A stretch of 64,000 nt of DNA from NCBI GenBank assembly GCA_964016885.1, contig OZ024740.1, positions 423,088,001 to 423,152,000 of the forward strand. Reading direction: 5' to 3'. A program made the translations under genes and the position numbers. The DNA is from Eledone cirrhosa (Eukaryota). The first letter of the stretch is position 1. Every line of letters starts with the position of its first letter. The notes under the pieces are model-generated. The model made no database searches, had not been told where the DNA came from, and saw only the letters and a program-made list of their open reading frames with translations. This document shows positions 1-10,719 of the stretch, one piece after another.

Positions 1-108
1 TATGTATGTATACGTGTGTATGTGTGTGTGTATGCTTATGTATATGTCTGTGTATGTGTGTATGTATGTATGTGTGTGTATATGTGTGTATATATATGTG
101 TATATGTA

Positions 109-155
<47 letters not shown>

Positions 156-234
156 ATATATGTATGTGTGTATGTATGTATGTATGTATATATATGTATG
201 CATGTATATGTATGTATGTGTGTATGTATGTATG

Positions 235-265
<31 letters not shown>

Positions 266-359
266 ATGTATATATATGTATATATATATATATATATATG
301 TGTGTGTATATGTATATATGTATATGTATATGTGTGTGTGTATGTATGTATGTGTGTGC

Positions 360-391
<32 letters not shown>

Positions 392-394
392 GTA

Positions 395-465
<71 letters not shown>

Positions 466-530
466 ATGTGTATATATATATGTATATGATTGTGTGGGCA
501 GGTGTGTGTATGTATGTATATATATGTATG

Positions 531-591
<61 letters not shown>

Positions 592-638
592 GTATATATA
601 TGTATATATATGTGTATGTGTGTGTGTATGTGTGTGCG

Positions 639-674
<36 letters not shown>

Positions 675-738
675 CATGAGAGAGAGAGTGTGTGTGTATA
701 TATATTTTGTGTGTGGGTGTGTGTATGTGTGTATGCGC

Positions 739-798
<60 letters not shown>

Positions 799-823
799 GT
801 ATGTGTATGTATATATATATATA

Positions 824-898
<75 letters not shown>

Positions 899-1053
899 GT
901 ATGTATATGTGTATATGTGTATATATATGTATATGTATGTGTATATGTATGTGTATGTATATATGTGTGTGTATATGTGCGTTATATGTCTGTATATATA
1001 TGTGTATATTTATGTATAGGTCTGTGTATGTATGTGTATGTTTGTGTATGTAT

Positions 1054-1089
<36 letters not shown>

Positions 1090-1128
1090 TTGTATGTGTG
1101 TGTGCATAGATATATATATATATATATA

Positions 1129-1173
<45 letters not shown>

Positions 1174-1334
1174 ATGTATATGTATATATATGTGTATGTA
1201 TATGTATATATATATGTGTGTGTATGTGTGTGTGTATAGATATTTATACATATGTATACTCGTGTTTGTATGTATGCGTGTGAGTCTATTTATTTGTGTA
1301 TATATGTGTGTGTGTGTGTATGTATGTGTATGTC

Positions 1335-1409
<75 letters not shown>

Positions 1410-1451
1410 GTATGTGTATATATATATATATGTATATATATGTGTGTGTGT

Positions 1452-1483
<32 letters not shown>

Positions 1484-1512
1484 CTATATATGTATATGTG
1501 TTTGTATATATA

Positions 1513-1596
<84 letters not shown>

Positions 1597-1790
1597 CGTA
1601 TGTATATGTGTATATGTATTTTATATATGTATGTATGTATGTATGTGTGTATGTATGTGTGTGTACATGAATATATATTTTTATATATATTTATATATTT
1701 TTTATATATGTGTGTGTATTTTTATGTGTGTATATGTGTTTGTGTGTGTGTTTATGGTTGCGCGTAAGTGTGTGAGTGAGTATGTGTGTT
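1..1790. repeat. Compound, degenerate (TA)n/(TG)n/(TATG)n microsatellite field
   Basis: Almost entirely TA and TG dinucleotides on the + strand, with many pure (TA)n runs (e.g. ~405-452, ~535-586, ~834-888, ~1549-1592). It runs off the left edge of the window. Confidence 0.98.
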
Positions 1791-1858
1791 TTTTTGTTTT
1801 TTATGTGTGTTTTTTTGTTTTTCTGTTTTTTTGTTTTTTTGTTTTTTTGTTTTTTTGT
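1786..1858. repeat. T-rich low-complexity tract, (T5-7 G)n-like
   Basis: gtgtttttttgttttttatgtgtgtttttttgtttttctgtttttttgtttttttgtttttttgtttttttg. Confidence 0.9.
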
Positions 1859-2238
1859 GAATGTGTCTGTTGATTTTGGCATATTGTTGATTAGTTTAAG
1901 AGAAGTTCGAAGATAATAGTAAGATATGCACTCAGTATTTTGAATCTGTCTGCAGAATTCCCTAGACCTTTGTCACTTAGTAGAACCTTAATGACTTTAG
2001 CTTTTAAAGAATCTCCCTCTTCTTTAATTCTATCGAGCTTGACTGACCCCCCACTGATTTTATAGACATCTGTTAGCTTAAGAGAAACTTATTGACAAGG
2101 AATGATATGCCATCCGGAACCTGTTTATAGAATTCTGTCTGCCTTTGTTACTCTAAAAACATAAATAAATATAAATAAAAATAAAAATTAACTATAGCTT
2201 TGTAGAATTAGCTTTTAATGAATTCCCTTTTCTATCAA

Positions 2239-2300
2239 CCAATGACCTGCACCCATCCAACTCCCCACCCTCCCCTACCACTTGTAGAGACCTATAAATA
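2239..2300 (+). promoter_or_regulatory. Pol II promoter-like cluster (CCAAT box, C-rich/CACCC box, TATA box)
   Basis: CCAAT at 2239-2243, ctccccaccctcccc at 2261-2275 and TATAAATA at 2293-2300, in canonical order and spacing. The expected start site (~2320-2325) coincides with the 5' arm of the hammerhead motif. Function is inferred from motifs only. Confidence 0.4.
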
Positions 2301-2322
2301 CCATATTTATTTTTTGATACCC

Positions 2323-2373
2323 AGATTCCTGATGATTTCTAATGAATGAAACAGTTCTAGTCCTGTAGAATCT
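2323..2373 (+). ncRNA. Type I hammerhead ribozyme motif
   Basis: Stem I AGATTC(2323-2328)/GAATCT(2368-2373), a perfect 6 bp. Core CTGATGA(2329-2335). Short stem II TTC-taat-GAA with a U.U mismatch at its base. GAAA(2348-2351). Stem III ACAG/CTGT with loop ttctagtc. Cleavage triplet GTA(2365-2367). All conserved core nucleotides are present in the correct topology. Confidence 0.8.
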
Positions 2374-2455
2374 CATCTATATTAAAACTGTTATACTCTG
2401 CTATGTATTGAGTACCTTACTTACTGTGGTTACCTCCGATTCAACCCGGAATAAC

Positions 2456-2558
<103 letters not shown>

Positions 2559-2588
2559 AGACATGGATTATTATTAAAACATTTAATA

Positions 2589-2662
2589 GATTTACGAACG
2601 TTTCTCTAGACTAACAGGAATTAATAGTCCATTCCTGTAAGAGTAACTCATCAGAATAAATC
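2589..2662 (-). ncRNA. Degenerate or atypical hammerhead-like motif
   Basis: The minus strand reads gatttatt-CTGATGA-gttactctt-acaggaat-ggactatta-attcctgt-tagtctaga-GAAACG-tt-CGTA-aatc. Both core boxes and a GTA triplet are in type I order, with an 8-bp hairpin in the stem II position. However, stem I is only 3 bp and the base of stem II is unpaired. Confidence 0.4.
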
Positions 2663-3270
2663 AAATACAAATACAAAAGGTTTACCTGGCATGTTTTAAA
2701 GTCTCAGTGGGAGAAAAGGAAAGCGAAGATGTAAAATTAACATTTAATTATTTTAGGGAAAACGTTAAAATTATAGAAGCTAAAAACTTAATTAAAATTT
2801 ATAAACGATAAAACTCTGTGGCTAAATATAAACGATAACTATAAATATTTTACTATGATATATCTTCACAAAAGGTGATTTATACTAATGGGAATTCTAG
2901 AGTGTGTTGTCACTAAGTGTGTTCCTAAGTAACTGTGTAACTATAAGAGATATTATATGTTGAGATTTCACACTTGTATATAACATTATATCTAAGACTA
3001 AGTAGGAAAGAGTCAAGGACACTACAATTGCAATTTGATGTTGGAGTGTTAGTACTGTTTAATATAACATTCTAGTTAGATATAACATTATTTATACTAG
3101 ACAGACTAACAGTGCCTTCAGTATCATTAACCTTTCCCTTATTATTAGTAGGAACAATTATTATTAGTATTATCATTGCTATTAAATTCATTATTCAAAA
3201 CTATAGGAGGGTTTGTTTATATGTTGTAATGTATGACAATTTCATGTTCAGATTTATATATATCGCTTTT

Positions 3271-3471
3271 TTCTCTCTCACTCGTCTACGATTTCACAGA
3301 ACTTACATTCACCGAATTCACAGACTAGATCCCTTCTTCCTCCCGTTAGACCTGTACGGAATTCCTTCCTTGCTCACATTTCAACCAGGTTTGATGGTCT
3401 TTATTCTCTCTCGTTCACGATTTCACCGAACTTATATTCATGGAAATTTGGGACTTGACTCCTTCTTCCTC
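3271..3471. repeat. Diverged direct repeat, two ~70-bp copies 129 bp apart
   Basis: acgatttcacagaacttacattcac...gactagatcccttcttcctc (3288-3342) versus acgatttcaccgaacttatattcat...gacttgactccttcttcctc (3417-3471). Both are preceded by ttctctctc. Confidence 0.8.
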
Positions 3472-3640
3472 ACTTTTCGTTGCTTCACCATCTTTGTTTG
3501 TTTACACTCTCGTGTCCCCTTTATTTACGTGTCCCAACGACTTTTTTTAGCCGTTGCTCGCACCAACCGGAGGTATATGATCTTTAAAGCGATGAAATAC
3601 CAATGATGGTTGGAAGATCACTGATGAAGGACTAACTTTA

Positions 3641-3644
<4 letters not shown>

Positions 3645-3682
<38 letters not shown>
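3645..3682. repeat. (TA)19 microsatellite
   Basis: Pure TA run followed by a short (TAA)n. Confidence 0.98.
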
Positions 3683-3685
<3 letters not shown>

Positions 3686-3921
3686 ATAATAATAAATTTG
3701 AAGACTAAAATCCAAAGAGGGCCCGATAAGGATAAATATATATCAAATATATAAGAACCGTAGAGCAAATATTTATTAAAATAACAGATTAAAGTTTAAG
3801 CAAAGAATCGCTGCTTTCATCCTTAACGGGATCTTCTGAAACTAACAAAGTCAATCTGTGAACGCAAAAGTGAATATTTCAAAAAACGTTGCAACCGGAG
3901 GAAGACAGGAAGACGATACTT

Positions 3922-4338
3922 TGGTTCGTGGAAACGTTCCCTGGCAAAGAACGGGAAAAACGAATATAATACATCATTATTTGTCCCTTTACGATCTGAG
4001 TTCAAATCCCGCCGAGGTTGACTTTGCCTTTCATCCTTACGGGGTCGATAAAATAAAGTACCAGTAATGCACTGGGTAATTGCTGGCCTTGTGCCTAAAG
4101 TAGAAACAATTATTTGGAGCGGTGAAAAACAATTACACGCGAAGACAAAACCACGTTTATGGTATAAAAGAAGTCGTAAACTAATATTCTCTTAGGTGGT
4201 TCATAGAGACGTTCTCTGGCAATGAACGGAAAAAATCGAAGATAATACGTCATATGTGGAGCGGGGAGAACAATTGCACGCAAAGACAAAACCACATAAA
4301 TGGTATAACTGAAGCCGTAGACTAAAATTCTAACTAGG
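3922..4338. repeat. Diverged 142-bp tandem duplication; copy 1 interrupted by a SINE
   Basis: Copy 1 (3922-4196, 275 bp including a 133-bp insert) is tggttcgtggaaacgttccctggcaaagaacggg...ggagcggtgaaaaacaattacacgcgaagacaaaaccacg...attctcttagg. Copy 2 (4197-4338, 142 bp) is tggttcatagagacgttctctggcaatgaacgga...ggagcggggagaacaattgcacgcaaagacaaaaccaca...attctaactagg. Confidence 0.9.
3984..4108 (+). mobile_element. 5'-truncated tRNA-derived SINE fragment (Octopus-type)
   Basis: Pol III B-box GAGTTCAAATCC (3998-4009) is followed by gccgaggttgactttgcctttcatccttacggggtcgataaaataaagtaccag and a ggccttgtgcctaaagtagaaa tail, which I recall as a very abundant Octopus SINE. No A box is visible. It is flanked by the direct repeat ATTATTTG (3976-3983, 4109-4116) and is absent from the sister copy of the duplication. 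Confidence 0.85.
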
Positions 4339-4409
4339 AAACCGAATGATTCTCCGCTTCAGAGTTAAGAATAAAGTAAATAAAATACAGAGGTAATTGA
4401 AATTAAATA

Positions 4410-4863
4410 AATACATACACGCATCCATATACGTACATACACAAGCATACGCGAAAACACTCGCCATAGGTATACAAATACACGGACGTACACACAGAAG
4501 AACAAAAAAAAAAAAAAAACGCACGCACATACAGAACCCACGCAAAAAAAAAATATATATATATATGTGTGTGTGTGTGCGTGTATACATAATCAAATAA
4601 ACGTATATAAATAAATAAATACGTGTATAACAAGCGCACACACATACGTACATGTAAATACACATATGTTCGGATACGACGTCAACCGAAACACGAAGTA
4701 CACATATACACACACCCTACATACGTACGAACCAAAATACTCACACAGACGCAATACTCACGTATACACATAACCAAACCATATGTACCAGAATACATAA
4801 TATATACGCCATAACATATACAATCAAATATACGTACGAGAAAGTATACGTACCTTAACAAAA
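4410..4863. repeat. Degenerate CA/TA-rich cryptic simple sequence with poly(A) runs, grading into the satellite
   Basis: Scrambled cata/caca/tacg units, poly(A) at ~4504-4519 and ~4544-4553, and a short (TA)n(TG)n at ~4554-4584. Confidence 0.8.
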
Positions 4864-7209
4864 CATACAGGTAATATATACATACAGGCATACACACACA
4901 TACATATACAGGCATACACACACATATACATACAGGAAGACACACACATATACATACAGGCAGACACTCACATATACATATACAGGCATACACACACATA
5001 TACATACAGAAAGACACACACATATACATACAGGCAGACACACACACATATACATACAGGCAGACACTCACATATACATACAGGCAGACACTCACATATA
5101 CATATACAGGGAGACACACACATATACATACAGGCAGACACTCACATATACATACAGGCAGACACACACATATACATACAGACAGACACACACATATACA
5201 TACAGGCAGACACTCACATATACATACAGGCAGACACACACATATACATACAGGCAGACACTCACATATACATACAGGCAGACACTCACATATACATACA
5301 GGCAGACACTCACGTACATATACAGGCATACACTCACATATACATACAGGTAGACACACACATATACATACAGGCACTCACATATACATACAGGCAGACA
5401 CTCAAATATACATACAGGCAGACACTCACATATACATACAGGAAGACACACACATATACATACAGGCAGACACACACATATACATACAGGCAGACACACA
5501 CATACATATACAGGCAGACACACACATATACATACAGGAAGACACACATATGTACATACAGGAAGACACACACATATACATACAGGCAGACAGACACATA
5601 TACATACAGGCAGACACTCACATATACATACAGGAAGACACACACATATACATACAGGCAGACACACACATATACATACAGGCACTCACATATACATACA
5701 GGCAGACACTCAAATATACATACAGGCAGACACTCACATATACATACAGGAAGACACACACATGTACATACAGGCAGACACACACATATACATACAGGAA
5801 GACACACACATATACATACAGGCAGACAGACACATATACATACAGGAAGACACACACATATACATACAGGCATACACACACATATACATACAGGCAGACA
5901 CTCACATATACATACAGGCAGATACTCACATATACATACAGGCAGACACTCACACATATACATACAGGCAGACACACACATATACATACACGCAGACACA
6001 CACATATACATACAGGCAGACACACACATATACATACAGGCAGACACACACATACACATACAGGCAGACACACACATATACATACAGGCAGACACTCACA
6101 TATACATACAGGCAGACACTCACATATACACACAGACAGACACACACATATATATACAGGCAGACACACACATATACATACAGGCAGACACTCACATATA
6201 CATACAGGCAGACACACACATACATATACATACAGGCAGACACACACATATACATACAGGCAGACACACACATACATATACATACAGGCAGACACACACA
6301 TATAGATACAGGCAGACACACACATATACATACAGGCAGACACACACGTATACATACAGGCAGAGACCCACATATACATACAGGCAGACACACACATACA
6401 TATACATACAGGCAGACACACACATATACATACAGGCAGACACACACATATACATACAGGCAGACACACACACATATACATACAGGCAGACACACACATA
6501 TACATACAGGCAGACACACACATATACATACAGGCATACACTCACATATACATACAGGCAGACACACACATATACATACAGGCATACACTCACATATACA
6601 TACAGGCAGACACACACATATAAATACAGGCATACACTCACATATACATACAGGCAGACACTCACATATACATATACAGGCCGACACTCACATGTACATA
6701 CAGGCAGACACACACATACACATACAGGTAGACACACACACACACACATATACATACAGGCAGACACACACACATATATATAGGCAGACACTCACATATA
6801 CATACAGGCAGACACACACATATACATACAGGCAGACACTCACATGTACATACAGGCATACACTCACATATACATACAGGCATACACACACATATACATA
6901 CAGGCAGACACACACATATACATACAGGAAGACACACACATATACATACAGGCAGACACACACATATACATACAGGCAGACACTCACATACATATACAGG
7001 CAGACACTCACATATACATACAGGCATACACTCACATATACATACAGGCAGACACTCACATATACATACAGGCATACACTCACATATACATACAGGCAGA
7101 CACTCACATATACATACAGGCATACACTCACATATACATACAGGCATACACACACATATACATACAGGCAGACACACACATATACATACAGGCAGACACT
7201 CACATGTAC

Positions 7210-7880
7210 ATACAGGAAGACACACACATATACATACAGGCAGACACACACATATACATACAGGCAGACACACACATATACATACAGGCAGACACACACA
7301 TATACATACAGGCAGACACTCACATATACATACAGGCAGACAATCACATATACATACAGGCAGACACACACATATACATACAGGCAGACACACACATATA
7401 CATACAGGCAGACACTCACATATATATACAGGCAGACACTCACATATACATACAGGCAGACACTCACATATACATACAGGCAGACACACACATATACATA
7501 CAGGCAGACACTCACATATATATACAGGCAGACACTCACATATACATACAGGAAGACACACACATATACATACAGGCAGACACACACATATACATACAGG
7601 CAGACACACACATATACATACAGGCAGACACACACATATACATACAGGCAGACACTCACATATACATACAGGCAGACAATCACATATACATACAGGCAGA
7701 CACACACATATACATACAGGCAGACACACACATATACATACAGGCAGACACTCACATATATATACAGGCAGACACTCACATATACATACAGGCAGACACT
7801 CACATATACATACAGGCAGACAATCACATATACATACAGGCAGACACACACATATACATACAGGCAGACACTCACATATA
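7210..7880 (+). repeat. 336-bp (14-monomer) local higher-order duplication
   Basis: The marker series ggaag (~7215/7551), caatcaca (~7341/7677) and tatatata (~7421/7757) recurs at +336. Confidence 0.75.
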
Positions 7881-10719
7881 CATACAGGCAGACAATCACA
7901 TATACATACAGGCAGACACACACATATACATACAGGCAGACACACACATATACATACAGGCAGACACTCACATATATATACAGGCAGACACTCACATATA
8001 CATACAGGCAGACACTCACATATACATACAGGCAGACACTCACATATACATACAGGCAGACAATCACATATACATACAGGCAGACACTCACATATACATA
8101 CAGGCAGACACACACATATACATACAGGCAGACACACACACATATACATACAGGCAGACACTCACATATATATACATACAAGCAGACACACACATATACA
8201 TACAGGCAGACACTCACATATACATACAGGCAGACACACACATATACATACAGGCAGACACTCACATATACATACAGGCAGACACACACATATACATACA
8301 GGCAGACACACACACATATACATACAGGCAGACACACACATATACATACAGGCAGACACACACACATATACATACAGGCAGACACACATATACATACAGG
8401 CAGACACTCACACATATACATACAGGCAGACACACATACATATACAGGCAGACACACACATATACATACAGGCAGACACTCACATATACATACAGGCAGA
8501 CACACACATATACATACAGGCAGACACACATATATACATACAGGCAGACACTCACACATATACATACAGGCAGACACACATACATATACAGGCAGACACA
8601 CACATATACATACAGGCAGACACTCACATATACATACAGGCAGACACACACATATACATACAGGCAGACACACACATATACATACAGTCATACACTCACA
8701 TATACATACATACAGGCAGACACACACATATACATACAGGCAGACACGCACATATACATACAGGCAGACACACACATATACATACAGGCAGACACACACA
8801 CATATACATACAGGCAGACACACATATACATACAGGCAGACACTCACACATATACATACAGGCAGACACACATACATATACAGGCAGACACACACATATA
8901 CATACAGGCAGACACACTCACATATACATACAGGCAGACACTCACATATACATACAGGCAGACACACACATATACATACAGGCAGACACACATATATACA
9001 TACAGGCATACACTCACATATACATACAGGCAGACACACACATATACATACAGGCAGACACACACATATACAGGCAGACACAAACATATACATACAGGCA
9101 GACACACACATATACATACAGGAAGACACACATATATACATACAGGCAGACACACACCCATATACATACAGGCAGACACACACATATACATAGAGGCAGA
9201 CACTCACATACATATACATACAGGCAGACACACAAATATACATACAGGCAGACACACACATATACATATAGGCAGACACACACACATATACATACAGGCA
9301 GACACACACATATACATACAGGTATACACTCACATACATATACAGGCAGACACTCACATATACATACAGGCAGACACTCACATATACATACAGGCAGTCA
9401 CACACACATATACATACAGGCAGACACACACATATACATACAGGCAGACACACATACATATACATACAGGCAGACACACACACATATACATACAGGCAGA
9501 CACACACATATACATACAGGCAGACACACACACATATACATACAGGCAGACACACACATATACATACAGGCAGACACACATACATATACATACAGGCAGA
9601 CACTCACATATATATACATTCAGGCAGACACACACATATACATACAGGCAGACACTCACATATACATACAGGAAGACACACACATATACATACAGGCAGA
9701 CACACACACATATACATACAGCAGACACACACATATACATACAGGCAGACACACACACATATACATACAGGCAGACACTCACATATACATACAGGCAGAC
9801 ACACACATATACATACAGGCAGACACACACATATACATACAGGCATACACTCACATATACATACAGGCAGACACTCACATATACATACAGGCAGACACAC
9901 ACATATACATACAGGCAGACACACACATATACATATACAGGCAGACACTCACATATACATACAGGCAGACACACACATATACATACAGGCAGACACTCAC
10001 ATATACATACAGGCAGACACACACATATACATACAGGAAGACACACATATATACATACAGGCAGACACTCACATATACATACAGGCAGACACACACATAT
10101 ACATACAGGCAGACACACACATATACATACAGGCAGACACACACATATACATACAGGCATACACTCACATATACATACAGGTAGACACACACATATACAT
10201 ACAGGCAGACACACCCATATACATACAGGCATACACTCACATATACATACAGGCATACACTCACATATACATACAGGCAGACACTCACATATACATACAG
10301 GCAGACACACACATATACATACAGGCAGACACTCACATATACATACAGGCATACACTCACATATAGATACAGGCAGACACTCACACATATACATACAGGC
10401 AGACACTCACACATATACATACAGGCAGACACACACATATACATACAGGCAGACACACACATATACATACAGGCAGACACTCACACATATACATACAGGC
10501 AGACACTCACATATACATACAGGCATACACTCACATATACATACAGGCATACACTCACATATACATACAGGCAGACACTCACATATACATACAGGCAGAC
10601 ACACACATATACATAAAAGCAGACACTCACTTATACATACAGGCATACACTCACATATACATACAGGCAGACACACACCCATATACATACAGGCATACAC
10701 TCACATATACATATACAGG

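Noticed and set aside
2-1873. ORFs rich in Y/I/V/C/M
   Set aside because: These are translations of (TA)n/(TG)n microsatellite.
1891-2088. 65-codon stop-free minus-strand frame (...LTDVYKISGGSVKLDRIKEEGDSLKAKVIKVLL...) near a polypyrimidine/AG acceptor-like site at ~2153-2190
   Set aside because: It has no ATG, all three frames from the acceptor-like AG hit stops before or at the start of this frame, and I recognise no protein family. It could be a decayed element ORF, and a tBLASTn/HMM search would settle this.
3112-3606. 164-aa ORF with a hydrophobic N-terminus
   Set aside because: It starts at GTG, has F/I/L/R-rich composition typical of AT-rich non-coding DNA, shows no recognisable domain, and overlaps a decayed direct repeat.
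3990-4020. tRNA gene suggested by GTTCAAATCC
   Set aside because: Only a B-box/T-loop-like motif is present, with no cloverleaf or A box. It belongs to the SINE fragment.
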